Positions 15,694 to 25,340 of a DNA stretch of 29,797 nucleotides are shown here, in pieces. The position numbers were made by a program, and so were the translations under genes. Position 1 is the stretch's first letter. Each line of letters begins with the position of its first letter. The notes beneath the pieces were generated by a model. The model was not told the origin of the DNA. It searched no databases and worked only from the letters and a program-made list of their open reading frames with translations. The stretch is from the IMG/VR virus record IMGVR_UViG_3300046786_000086, positions 1 through 29,797 of that record, one strand, 5' to 3'. Source of the stretch: a virus. Its lineage: Duplodnaviria > Caudoviricetes.

Positions 15694-17721
15694 ATGAGTC
15701 AGAAATTCCCTGGTGGGTTCATTACCAAGTCTCCAGTAGCACCAACAACAACTGCTGCTTCTGGTATTTGGACACTTGATCAACAAGAACAATATCAACA
15801 AGCAGGTACATGGCCTAGCCCACCACCTCCTCCTTATATTGAGGATGTGTTTTCTACTTATTTGTACAAAGGTACAAGTGGTGCTAACAATGTTGTTAAT
15901 GGTATTGATTTATCTACAAAAGGTGGATTAGTTTGGATTAAAACAAGAGATGTTGGTGCGTCACATTATTTTCAAGACACTGCTAGAGGCGCAAACAACT
16001 TTATATCTAGCAACAACACAAGTGCAGAAACAAATTTATCAGCGTTAAATACAGTTTTTAATACTAATGGATTTTCTCAAAATAATAATTATGGTGGGTT
16101 TAATGATGCTACCTATAACTATGCCTCATGGACATTCCGTAAACAAGCTAAATTCTTTGATGTTGTAACTTGGACTGGAGATGGAGTTGCTGGTCGGCAA
16201 ATTAGTCATTCTTTAGGTTCAGCGCCCGGTGCAATTATTGTGAAATGTACAAGTGTTGCTCGTGATTGGGCTGTTTGGCAAAACACATTAACCGATGGTA
16301 CATATTTAAAACTCAACACTACTGATTCTGTAATTACCAATACATCATTCCAAGTTTTTGGTGATGCTTCTGGTCAAACTAGCACTTACTTTACTGTTGG
16401 CAAATCAGGCTCTGGCGTTAATGGTTTGACAAACGCTAACGGCGACACATACGTTGCATATATTTTTGCTGATGACGCAGGTGGATTTGGCGCAACAGAA
16501 ACTGAGAATGTAATTTCGTGCGGGTCGTTTACTAGTAACGGTAGCGGTTTGGCAACGATTAACCTTGGTTACGAACCTCAGTGGGTAATGGTTAAAGGCT
16601 CAAGCGCAGTAACCAATTGGCAAATTGTTGACAATATGCGTGGTTTTGTAGCTGGTGCTGGTAGCGCAAGTTCAAAGTATTTAAATGCAAATTCAAGTGC
16701 CGCAGAAATGGACACGCCACCGTACGGTCTTACCAGTACAGGTTTTGAATATAACAGCGCACCAAGCACAACATTTATCTACATAGCTATCCGTAGAGGT
16801 CCTATGAAGACTCCTACGGATGCTACTAAAGTGTTTACACCTGCTATTGTCACAGAATCTACGACAGGGCCAAATTACACAAACACAATTACATCAAATT
16901 TTCCTGTTGATTGGGTGTTTACAACAACAAGTGATACATCAAGAAGATGGGGAACTCGTTTAATTGGAAACGCTGTAATGTCGACTAATTCAACGTCAGC
17001 AGAAACTAATTTTGGCTTGCAATCAACTGTTTTTGATTCAAATATTTCTGCGGGAATTATTGGAACGCTTGGTAGTACGGCTTCTGCGTATATGTACGCA
17101 TTTAAACGCGCTCCCAGTTTCTTTGATGAAGTTTGCTATACAGGTGATGGAACAACAAACAGAGCAATTTCACACAACTTAGGGGTTGTTCCAGAACTAA
17201 TCATTAACCGACCCCGAAATTACGCTGACAATTGGGAAGTTTACCAAAAGGATGTTGGACTAAATTCCTATTTTTATTTAAACAGCACAGCTGCTCCAGG
17301 AAGTAATACGGGAAATTGGAGTACTATGACTTCAAGTGTTTTTGGCACTGGATACGCATATTCTCATAACTCTACTGCACGGACTTATGTTTCTTACTTA
17401 TTTGCAACTTGTGCAGGTATTTCAAAAGTAGGTAGTTATACAGGCACAGGTGCTTTGCAAACTATAAATTGTGGATTTACATCAGGCGCTCGTTTTGTTT
17501 TGATTAAACGTACAGACAGTACAGGTGATTGGTACACATACGACAGCGCCCGTGGCATTACATCAGGCAATGACCCATATTTGTTTTTGAACAGCACAGC
17601 CGCTGAAGTTACTGGTACAAACTATGTTGACACCGACACTACGGGCTTTAAAGTCACAGCCGCAGCACCTGCAGGATTAAATGCCTCTGGTGGTACTTAC
17701 ATATTTTTAGCCATTGCATAA
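15694..17721 (+). CDS. Beta-rich virion/fibre-associated protein, paralogue 2
   Basis: Same architecture and length (675 vs 672 aa), with the same conserved blocks as 13666-15684. Confidence 0.8.
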   Translation: MSQKFPGGFITKSPVAPTTTAASGIWTLDQQEQYQQAGTWPSPPPPPYIEDVFSTYLYKGTSGANNVVNGIDLSTKGGLVWIKTRDVGASHYFQDTARGANNFISSNNTSAETNLSALNTVFNTNGFSQNNNYGGFNDATYNYASWTFRKQAKFFDVVTWTGDGVAGRQISHSLGSAPGAIIVKCTSVARDWAVWQNTLTDGTYLKLNTTDSVITNTSFQVFGDASGQTSTYFTVGKSGSGVNGLTNANGDTYVAYIFADDAGGFGATETENVISCGSFTSNGSGLATINLGYEPQWVMVKGSSAVTNWQIVDNMRGFVAGAGSASSKYLNANSSAAEMDTPPYGLTSTGFEYNSAPSTTFIYIAIRRGPMKTPTDATKVFTPAIVTESTTGPNYTNTITSNFPVDWVFTTTSDTSRRWGTRLIGNAVMSTNSTSAETNFGLQSTVFDSNISAGIIGTLGSTASAYMYAFKRAPSFFDEVCYTGDGTTNRAISHNLGVVPELIINRPRNYADNWEVYQKDVGLNSYFYLNSTAAPGSNTGNWSTMTSSVFGTGYAYSHNSTARTYVSYLFATCAGISKVGSYTGTGALQTINCGFTSGARFVLIKRTDSTGDWYTYDSARGITSGNDPYLFLNSTAAEVTGTNYVDTDTTGFKVTAAAPAGLNASGGTYIFLAIA

Positions 17722-17730
17722 GGAGCAATC

Positions 17731-18234
17731 ATGGAAATTCGTTTACGTTCAACAGGTGAAGTAATGTATGAAGGCGAGTTCCGCACTCGTTTTGCATCAA
17801 ACCTTCCTCCTTTTCCTCTGACACAAGAGTGGCTTGACACTTACACAACCGATCCCGCAGGTGATGTTGTGTTTGAAGGCCCACAAGCCTCAGGCGGTAC
17901 TGTCTATCAATACTCACAGCGTAGTGGTGTTGAGCAGATTGATGGCAAATGGTACACAAAGTACATCCTTGGTCCAGTCTTTATCGACCAAGTTGTTGAT
18001 GGCGTGACCAAGACTGCTGCTGAACAAGAAGCAGAATACAAAGCCATGAAAGACGCTGAACAGGCTAAGTCTGTACGTCAAGGCCGTGATGCTAAACTGG
18101 CAGAATGTGATTGGACGCAATTAGCTGATGCTCCTGTTGACAAAGCAGTTTGGGCAACATATCGTCAAGCCCTGCGTGATGTGCCTACTCAAGAAGGTTT
18201 CCCTTGGACAATCACTTGGCCTGACGCACCATAA
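17731..18234 (+). CDS. Phage tail fibre assembly chaperone-like protein
   Basis: C-terminal R..RD..L...DWTQL-x-D-x-P...W..YRQALRDVP-x-Q-x-GFP....WP..P signature. Confidence 0.85.
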   Translation: MEIRLRSTGEVMYEGEFRTRFASNLPPFPLTQEWLDTYTTDPAGDVVFEGPQASGGTVYQYSQRSGVEQIDGKWYTKYILGPVFIDQVVDGVTKTAAEQEAEYKAMKDAEQAKSVRQGRDAKLAECDWTQLADAPVDKAVWATYRQALRDVPTQEGFPWTITWPDAP

Positions 18235-18252
18235 ACTAGCATAGGAATAGCA

Positions 18253-19308
18253 ATGAAAATAGCCGTGTATGCCATATCCAAAAACGAGGAGCAATTTGTT
18301 CAGCGTTTTTGTGATTCAGCAAAAGATGCAGACCTGATTCTGATTGCAGATACAGGCTCTACTGATAACACTGTCAAATATGCATTGGAATGTGGCGCAA
18401 AAGTCCACGATATCTGCATCAGTCCTTGGAGGTTTGATAAAGCTCGGGATACTGCCCTAGCCTTAATCCCAAGAGACTTTGATGTCTGTATCAGCCTAGA
18501 CTTGGATGAAATCCTTGAACCTGGTTGGCGGGAAGAAATCGAGCGGGTTTGGAAAGCTGAAACCACTCGTTTGCGCTACAAGTTTGATTGGGGCTGTGGA
18601 ATCTCGTTTTATTACGAAAAAATCCATGCAAGACATGGTTACTGGTGGAAACACGCGGTTCATGAATGGCCTAAAGCAGATGACAGAATTCAAGAAGTCT
18701 ATGCCCATACAGATATGCTTTTGGTCAGCCACCATCCCGACAATACCAAATCCCGTGGTCAATATATGCCACTACTTGAGTTGGCTATCAAGGAAGACCC
18801 ACACTGCCCTAGAAACGCTTTTTACCATGCCCGAGAACTTACCTTCTATTCTCGTTGGCAAGAGGCTATAACCGCCTTAAATCGCTATCTAGCCATGCCT
18901 GAGGCTACTTGGCCTAATGAGCGGTGCTATGCCATGCGTTTATTGGGTAAAGCCCATGAAGAGTTGGGCATGATCCATGAGGGTTTGAAGTGGTACAGAC
19001 TGGCTTGTGCTGAAGCTCCTGACACTCGAGAGCCATGGTGCGAGTTGGCGGTGGCAACTTACAGGTTAAGTATGTGGCCTGAGAGCTATGGAGCCGCCCT
19101 TTCAGCCCTGAATATTGTGGATAGAGAGTTGGTTTACACCTGTGACCCAAGCGTCTGGACTGAAAAACCATACGATTACGCCAGTATTGCAGCTTGGAGG
19201 CTTGGTTTGAAAGATCAGGCTATCGAATTCTGTAAGAAAGCTTTAGAATTTAACCCTACAGACACCCGTCTATTGACCAATCTCCAGCAGATGGAAGAAG
19301 TGCCATGA
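18253..19308 (+). CDS. Glycosyltransferase family 2 with C-terminal TPR repeats
   Basis: KNEE, DTGSTD, FD-x-ARD-x-AL, LDLDE (DxD) and VHE motifs, then TPR-like helices (FYHAREL, LLGKAHEELG, AIEFCKKALEFNP). Confidence 0.92.
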   Translation: MKIAVYAISKNEEQFVQRFCDSAKDADLILIADTGSTDNTVKYALECGAKVHDICISPWRFDKARDTALALIPRDFDVCISLDLDEILEPGWREEIERVWKAETTRLRYKFDWGCGISFYYEKIHARHGYWWKHAVHEWPKADDRIQEVYAHTDMLLVSHHPDNTKSRGQYMPLLELAIKEDPHCPRNAFYHARELTFYSRWQEAITALNRYLAMPEATWPNERCYAMRLLGKAHEELGMIHEGLKWYRLACAEAPDTREPWCELAVATYRLSMWPESYGAALSALNIVDRELVYTCDPSVWTEKPYDYASIAAWRLGLKDQAIEFCKKALEFNPTDTRLLTNLQQMEEVP

Positions 19309-19793
19309 GCGATCTAACTTTGCCTTACCTCCATTCTTTGTTTGAATACAAAGATGGGCATCTTTTTTGGAAAATTGATAGAGCTAGAGGCAAAGTTAAA
19401 AAAGGACAACAAGCAGGATGTTTGACATCTCGTGGCTATCATCGGTTAATGTTAAATTACAAAGAATACCCAACGCATCGAATTATTTTTATGATGCATT
19501 ATGGGTACATTCCTGAAGTAATTGACCATATTGATGGTAATCCACTAAATAACCGGATTGAAAATTTGCGGGAATCTTGCTCTCAAACAAATCAATACAA
19601 CAGAAAACTAAGTAAAAACAATACTAGTGGTTGTAAAAACGTATCGTTTAATAAAAAAAATAACCTTTGGCAAGTTCACATTAGATGCGCCAAAAAAGTA
19701 CACGCTTGGTATGTTGAAAGTTTAGAGTTAGCTGAGTTGGTTGCACATGAAGCAAGAATTAAATTACATGGAGGCTTTGTAAACCATGGCTGA
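19305..19793 (+). CDS. Free-standing HNH homing endonuclease (HNH plus AP2-like C-terminus)
   Basis: HRIIF, IDHIDGNPLNNRIENLR, N..N.....NNTSG-x-K-x-V, A...R..LHG-x-F; visibly AT-richer than its flanks; overlaps both neighbours. Confidence 0.92.
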   Translation: MSDLTLPYLHSLFEYKDGHLFWKIDRARGKVKKGQQAGCLTSRGYHRLMLNYKEYPTHRIIFMMHYGYIPEVIDHIDGNPLNNRIENLRESCSQTNQYNRKLSKNNTSGCKNVSFNKKNNLWQVHIRCAKKVHAWYVESLELAELVAHEARIKLHGGFVNHG

Positions 19794-21408
19794 CTATCAA
19801 AGATTAAGAACTCCATTTACAAGCATGAGTTTTTGTCCCGACATCCCGAGCAATGCTTTGGGGCCAAATGAGTACAACAGCGGGAAGAATATTGAAGCTG
19901 ATGTCCGTACTATCAAGAAAATCTTTGGTGAAAAGCAGATTGCATCCACCATTACAGATATGCCCATATTCATGGAAGGTGGTTTTCGCTCAGAAACCTC
20001 ATGGGTTTACATCGTAGCTACCCGTAATTCGTCCAACCAAGGCAAATGGTGGATGATTACTGCTACTGGCATTTCCAATATTACGCCTGGTGTGGGTGCT
20101 AATCCTTCTGTTTACCTGTCTGGCTATACAGAAGACATCAACATCACTTTCTCATGGGTTGGCAATGTGTTCTTTATGAACGACACATTGAGAAACCCCA
20201 TGTATTTTCTGCCAACTGCCAATGAAATGACCATTACGCCTGATGCGGATTGGAATTACGATGTTGGCGTGACCTCGACTACTGCAGGTTTTGTCAGGAA
20301 TTTCTGTTCTCCAAACGTGGGCAACATCTTGATTGCAGGTAATTTGACCAAAGATATTGGAGGGACACTGTATAACTACCCCACCACAGTTCGTTGGTCA
20401 CAGGCTTTTGCCAACCAAGGCTATCCTGACACATGGGAACCAACACTTTCTAACGTGGCTAACGAGCAGGAAGTGCCAGTCCGTGGTCCTTTGGTTGATG
20501 GATTCTTCCTTGGTGGCAACTTCTATGTGTGTTCCTATTGGGATACAGTAGTTTTCTCACCCATTTCCTACCAAAACAGTACTGCGCCTATCTTTGGTGT
20601 GCGTTTGCTAAACCAAGGCCGTGGTCTGATCAACAATAACTGTTGGACAAATACCGATGCCAATGTCTATGGCGTGGATGCTCGTGACATTTGGGTATTT
20701 AATGGATCAGAATTTCAGTCTTTAGGTAACCAAAAAGTAAAAAATTACTTCTTTAATAACCTAAGTCCTCTGTATTCTCAGCGTATGTTCATGGTGAACA
20801 ACACTCAAAAATCTCAGATTGAGCTTTACTACCCTGACCTGAACTCTACAGGGTGGTGCAACAAAATGTTGTCATGGCGCTATGACCTGCAAGTATGGAA
20901 TGCTCCAAAAGACATCCAGAACGCCTGTATGGGCACAGAAGGTCCTCGTTGGGTAGATTCATCACCTGATTACTACAACCTGTCTTCTAGGGCTGTTGTC
21001 TATGCCCAAGGCGGTGTTTCTAACTCTCGATTGATTGAGACTGCTATTAGTAATTCGTTTATTAATGATGCGCCAATCGATGCCCAGTTTGAGCGTACCA
21101 ACATTGCTTTGCAGACTGAACGAGGTCCTGTTCCTTATTCATCCAAGGTCTACATCCACAGAATGTTGCCTGAAATGGCGGGTACTGGAAAGATTAGTGT
21201 GACTGTTGGTGGCGCTAACTCTACTCAACAGACTCCTACTTATGGTCAGACAGGTACAGTGATTATTGATACTGACAATCCATGGGTAACTACTCAACAG
21301 AATTCTGTGCGTACAGTAGCGGTCAAGTTTGGCTCTAATGATGCTACAGACACATGGAAAGTAAGTGCTATGAACTGGCAAGCAACTGTCACTGAGGACG
21401 CTTTCTAA
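19786..21408 (+). CDS. Tail nozzle / DNA stabilisation protein (P22 gp10 / tubular protein B-like)
   Basis: 540-aa beta-propeller-like sequence (VRWS....P..W, G.....C..., IWVFNG, ELYYP); synteny. Confidence 0.7.
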   Translation: MADYQRLRTPFTSMSFCPDIPSNALGPNEYNSGKNIEADVRTIKKIFGEKQIASTITDMPIFMEGGFRSETSWVYIVATRNSSNQGKWWMITATGISNITPGVGANPSVYLSGYTEDINITFSWVGNVFFMNDTLRNPMYFLPTANEMTITPDADWNYDVGVTSTTAGFVRNFCSPNVGNILIAGNLTKDIGGTLYNYPTTVRWSQAFANQGYPDTWEPTLSNVANEQEVPVRGPLVDGFFLGGNFYVCSYWDTVVFSPISYQNSTAPIFGVRLLNQGRGLINNNCWTNTDANVYGVDARDIWVFNGSEFQSLGNQKVKNYFFNNLSPLYSQRMFMVNNTQKSQIELYYPDLNSTGWCNKMLSWRYDLQVWNAPKDIQNACMGTEGPRWVDSSPDYYNLSSRAVVYAQGGVSNSRLIETAISNSFINDAPIDAQFERTNIALQTERGPVPYSSKVYIHRMLPEMAGTGKISVTVGGANSTQQTPTYGQTGTVIIDTDNPWVTTQQNSVRTVAVKFGSNDATDTWKVSAMNWQATVTEDAF

Positions 21409-23456
21409 TGCCATTCGCTCTAGTCAATGACCCATCTAATGCGGAGATGTCCGAGGCCATCAACTATTTGTTGGCTAACTTTGGGTCTAATTTAGCTGCC
21501 GATCCAAACAATGGTCAGATTACTGGTCCTTCTGGTGTCTTGATTGCTTATCTGTATCGTTATCTGGCAGTTAAATATGCTGACAGTTTTGATGGTTCAG
21601 TGAACTTTAGTAACAGTCCAACAGGACGTTTGTACTATGGTTTGCGCAATACTGATGACACGACAGAATCAACAAACCCTGCTGACTACATTTGGTACAA
21701 AGTAACTGGTGGATTTGGATCAACCAAGTTTCTGTACTATCAAACAGGTGGCGGGAGACAAATTCAGTTTGTTGTGGCAACGACAAGCCCTGGTGCAACT
21801 TATGTCCAAGAGTCTGGTCCTGCAATTGACCTAGACATTGTCACAACAACAACGGCATATAACGCTGCAGCTCCATCTATTTACATTTGGACTGCAACTT
21901 CTACACCACCAGCTCGTCCTAGCACAACATCAACTTACACATGGGCAACAGGTGCGTATACTGCTCCTAGTGGATGGACAACAGAACCAATAACAAACAC
22001 AACACCAGGCAGTTATCTGTGGGCTATCACCATTCCATTGGTTGTGCCATCAAGCACTGTTACATCTACATTGGATTGGACAAATACTTCATACGCAATT
22101 TATGCGTTTTCATCTAATGGCACATCAGGCACTACAGGTGGAAATGGTATTAGTGCGTTAACTGCTTACAGATTACAAAGCCAATCTGCCTCACCACCTG
22201 CAACACCTTCAAACACAACAGGTCCTACTGCGCCAGCAGGATGGTCTTTGGTTGCTCCAACAACAGTAACTGTTGGTGATGTTGTTTGGTACACATTTGG
22301 TCGATACAACTCTAGTTCAGCAACATTAGATGGAGTGCCTTCAGGTCAGACTGCATGGGATGTTCCTGTGGCTGCATCTATTTTCCAAGACATTCGCTCG
22401 GATAACTGGAATGGATCAACACCGCCTGTATATGGCAGTCCTTCCACTTATGGCACTCAAGGTTATTACATTAGCCGAACAACAGGTAACGTCTATTTCA
22501 ACAATGGCGTTTATCGTGGTGACATTAGCACTGATGGCGATGCTTATTTCGAAGGCCAAAATCTTCAGACATCCTATCCAATCATTATTAATGGCACAGG
22601 ATATTCAATTGACTATTCATCTTGGAGTGCGGGGTATTCTGTTCCTACTTCAGGTGCTATTCGTGTTGGTGTTTATGGAACTGCTGTTGCACTCGGTGGC
22701 TCTTATAACGTAGGTGTTCTTGGATACGGACAAAACGGCTTTGGTGCAAAAGGTGTTGGTGTTGTTGGTCAAGGCGACCAAACTGGTGGGTATTTTTCAG
22801 GTTCTGAATATGGAGTTATTGCAAGTGCAAATGGCATTACGCCTGTTTCACTTGCAGTTACTACTGGATACTTCCGTTGGAACACATATAACATTGCATT
22901 GCCTACAGGAAGCACAAGCACTTTCCTGAGAAATGATGGTACATGGAATACTGTAGATGCCGCATCTCTAGGTGGATATTCCCCATCATTGTGGGCAAGA
23001 ATTTTCCCAACTAATTCTGGAACTGCAAATGCAGGTGGATCAGGTTTAAATTTATTAGGAAGCACTTCAACTGGAATTGCGGGTGCTTATGTTGGTACTT
23101 CAGGTTCTGGCAATACTGTTACATTTGGCGTTCAAACAACAAGTCCTTCTGACGTTCGATTAAAAGAAGAAATTGAAGACAGTGATGTAGGTTTAGCGTT
23201 TGTTAAACAGTTGCGTCCTGTTTCTTACAAACTTAAAGCAGACCCTAAGCATCAAAAAGGATATGGTTTTATTGCTGATGAAGTTCAACAACTAGGGGTT
23301 TATGGATCATCTTTGGTTTATGAGGAACCTAATTGGCAAGTTGGTGATGAAGTTGGATTTAAAACCATTCATTACCCGTCTTATATAGCTGTTTTAACTA
23401 AAGCAATTCAAGAATTGACTGCTAAAGTTGAAGCATTAGAAGCAAAGGTAAAGTGA
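21408..23456 (+). CDS. Tail fibre/spike with C-terminal intramolecular chaperone (peptidase S74)
   Basis: SDVRLKEEI, LRPVSY, GFIADEV and L-x-KAIQEL..KVEALE; Gly-rich GV-x-G beta-helix region upstream. Confidence 0.88.
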   Translation: MPFALVNDPSNAEMSEAINYLLANFGSNLAADPNNGQITGPSGVLIAYLYRYLAVKYADSFDGSVNFSNSPTGRLYYGLRNTDDTTESTNPADYIWYKVTGGFGSTKFLYYQTGGGRQIQFVVATTSPGATYVQESGPAIDLDIVTTTTAYNAAAPSIYIWTATSTPPARPSTTSTYTWATGAYTAPSGWTTEPITNTTPGSYLWAITIPLVVPSSTVTSTLDWTNTSYAIYAFSSNGTSGTTGGNGISALTAYRLQSQSASPPATPSNTTGPTAPAGWSLVAPTTVTVGDVVWYTFGRYNSSSATLDGVPSGQTAWDVPVAASIFQDIRSDNWNGSTPPVYGSPSTYGTQGYYISRTTGNVYFNNGVYRGDISTDGDAYFEGQNLQTSYPIIINGTGYSIDYSSWSAGYSVPTSGAIRVGVYGTAVALGGSYNVGVLGYGQNGFGAKGVGVVGQGDQTGGYFSGSEYGVIASANGITPVSLAVTTGYFRWNTYNIALPTGSTSTFLRNDGTWNTVDAASLGGYSPSLWARIFPTNSGTANAGGSGLNLLGSTSTGIAGAYVGTSGSGNTVTFGVQTTSPSDVRLKEEIEDSDVGLAFVKQLRPVSYKLKADPKHQKGYGFIADEVQQLGVYGSSLVYEEPNWQVGDEVGFKTIHYPSYIAVLTKAIQELTAKVEALEAKVK

Positions 23457-23728
23457 TGCCAAGACAAATAGATATACCAGCACAAGTTGTTTACGAGAAA
23501 ATCGTATATGTTGAAGAACTTCCTAATACATGGGTAAGAGCTAGTGTTGGCAAAACTGATGTTGATGGTAATTTATTGCCAAACCAAACTGCCGAGCGTT
23601 ATACGATTGAAGGCGATAACCTGACAGAACTTTTAACGCCAAATCCTTCATGGTCGCCAAACAAACCTGGTGGTACTTATGACAATGAAGATTTGTGGCA
23701 CTTTATTGATTTATTGAGGGGCGAATAA
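23453..23728 (+). CDS. Hypothetical protein, probably fibre-associated
   Basis: Overlap-coupled to the fibre gene (GTGATG). Confidence 0.75.
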   Translation: MMPRQIDIPAQVVYEKIVYVEELPNTWVRASVGKTDVDGNLLPNQTAERYTIEGDNLTELLTPNPSWSPNKPGGTYDNEDLWHFIDLLRGE

Positions 23729-24111
23729 TGGGCGGTTTTTCATCACAAGTACAACCTGCGCAGTCTTCTGCTCCTGCGGGGAAGAATGCAGGTTTGAGTT
23801 CTAGTCAACTAGGCCAAAACCCTATTTACCAAAGTCCTCAAGACCAAATGATGAAAATGCAGGAACTCCAGATGGAGCAACCTGACTTTTCCATGGCTAA
23901 CCAAATTACCAATAATGGTGAGGCAGGAACTCAAATTGGCGGTTTGGGTGGTCTTTTGGGGGGCAGAACCACGATGTCTGGGTTAAGTGGTCAGCCCAAA
24001 TTAGGTATGCCTAATGCCTATTCAAATACCATGCAACCATGGGATAATCAACCCAATCAATCTAACGGCATAGGGTTTCAACCCTTTAAGATGACCGGAA
24101 AAGGAGCTTAA
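23728..24111 (+). CDS. Gln/Gly/Met-rich disordered protein, putative internal virion protein
   Basis: TAATG coupling, GAGGGG RBS, composition. Confidence 0.7.
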   Translation: MGGFSSQVQPAQSSAPAGKNAGLSSSQLGQNPIYQSPQDQMMKMQELQMEQPDFSMANQITNNGEAGTQIGGLGGLLGGRTTMSGLSGQPKLGMPNAYSNTMQPWDNQPNQSNGIGFQPFKMTGKGA

Positions 24112-24113
24112 TC

Positions 24114-24986
24114 ATGGGCGGTGGAAAATCATCAGGCAGTAGTTCTGCCACGCTTACGCCAGAACAAAAGGAACTTTTAGGCTTACAAGTAGGAGCGTTA
24201 AAAGATACCTTTCTGCCAGCTTACCAAAGCACAGTTACTGGCGCTAAAGATGTATATGGTCAACTTAACCCTTATGCAACCAAAGCTGCTCAAAATGCCT
24301 ACGAAAATGCTGCTTCTGTAAGTAATGCCCAACAGGGTATCGGTGGCGAATTAACTCAAGCAGGTCGAAATTTGGGTCTTGCAGGTGGCGGTGGCACTAA
24401 GAATATTGCCGACTTGATGGCTACAGGCGGTCAGAATCTGGCTACTGCAGGAACTCAGGGTTTAATGGGCTTGTTCTCTCCTGACTACAAAACAGAGCAA
24501 ATCCAAGCTTCTTTGCAACCTGCCCGTGAAGCAGCTCGTGAAGCTCAAGCAGGTCAAAATGCTATGTATGGAGCAGCGGGTGGATTGGGTTCATCTCGTA
24601 TGGCCTTGGCAGATCGCAATCTGTCATCCTTGAACCAACAACGTATGCAGTCTGCTGCCGCTCAAACTTCTGCTGCAGTGGAAGCACAACGCCAACAAGC
24701 CGCCAACACACTGCTTGGCACTGGCGCACAGGCTTTGGGTCAATCTGGTGGTTTGTATGGCAATCTGTTAACTGCAGGTCTTGGCGCAGGTCAAGCAGGT
24801 GGTGCAATGCTTGGTCAAGCCGTTGATACAAGTGGCAAGGCTATTGGTTATGCACAGTCTCCAATGGACTTGTACAACAAGTATGCATCTGTTGTTTATG
24901 GTACGCCACAAGCTTCGACTACTGCCAACTTTGCAGGTACTCAAGGCCAAAACACTTCAGGCAAAGGTTTTGGATTCAAAATCTAA
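24114..24986 (+). CDS. Putative DNA ejection (pilot) protein
   Basis: MGGGKSSGSSS start, Ala/Gly/Gln-rich helices and GGLGSSR motif typical of podovirus ejection proteins. Confidence 0.7.
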   Translation: MGGGKSSGSSSATLTPEQKELLGLQVGALKDTFLPAYQSTVTGAKDVYGQLNPYATKAAQNAYENAASVSNAQQGIGGELTQAGRNLGLAGGGGTKNIADLMATGGQNLATAGTQGLMGLFSPDYKTEQIQASLQPAREAAREAQAGQNAMYGAAGGLGSSRMALADRNLSSLNQQRMQSAAAQTSAAVEAQRQQAANTLLGTGAQALGQSGGLYGNLLTAGLGAGQAGGAMLGQAVDTSGKAIGYAQSPMDLYNKYASVVYGTPQASTTANFAGTQGQNTSGKGFGFKI

Positions 24987-24995
24987 GGAACAAAG

Positions 24996-25331
24996 ATGAA
25001 AAACTTCGATTTTGCTAATCCTGCTCAATATGGTGATTGGGCGCAATATGCCGGATTTAACAGAACTACTGGCGAAATTGAAGGAATGCAAGCTCCTCAA
25101 CAGGGTGTTGCACCGCCTGGTGATTTAACTGAATATATGAATCAACGACTTGGTTCTGCTTCAAGCATGGCGGGTGCTGTTGCTCCTGCTATGGCGCAAT
25201 TAGGAACTGGCAATGTTATGGGTGCTGCTAACACTATGCGTCAGGCTCGTAATCCTGCCCAACAAACAACACCGACTCAACAACCTGCACCGATCATGGG
25301 TTATGACTATACCCATGGTTTAGCTGAATAA
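24996..25331 (+). CDS. Putative internal virion protein
   Basis: AAGGA RBS; Ala/Gln/Met-rich; within the ejection cluster. Confidence 0.7.
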   Translation: MKNFDFANPAQYGDWAQYAGFNRTTGEIEGMQAPQQGVAPPGDLTEYMNQRLGSASSMAGAVAPAMAQLGTGNVMGAANTMRQARNPAQQTTPTQQPAPIMGYDYTHGLAE

Positions 25332-25340
25332 GGATTGAAA

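Noticed and set aside
13666-17721. Diversity-generating retroelement (TR/VR pair)
   Set aside because: No reverse transcriptase in the window; differences between paralogues are not adenine-specific and both copies are full coding genes
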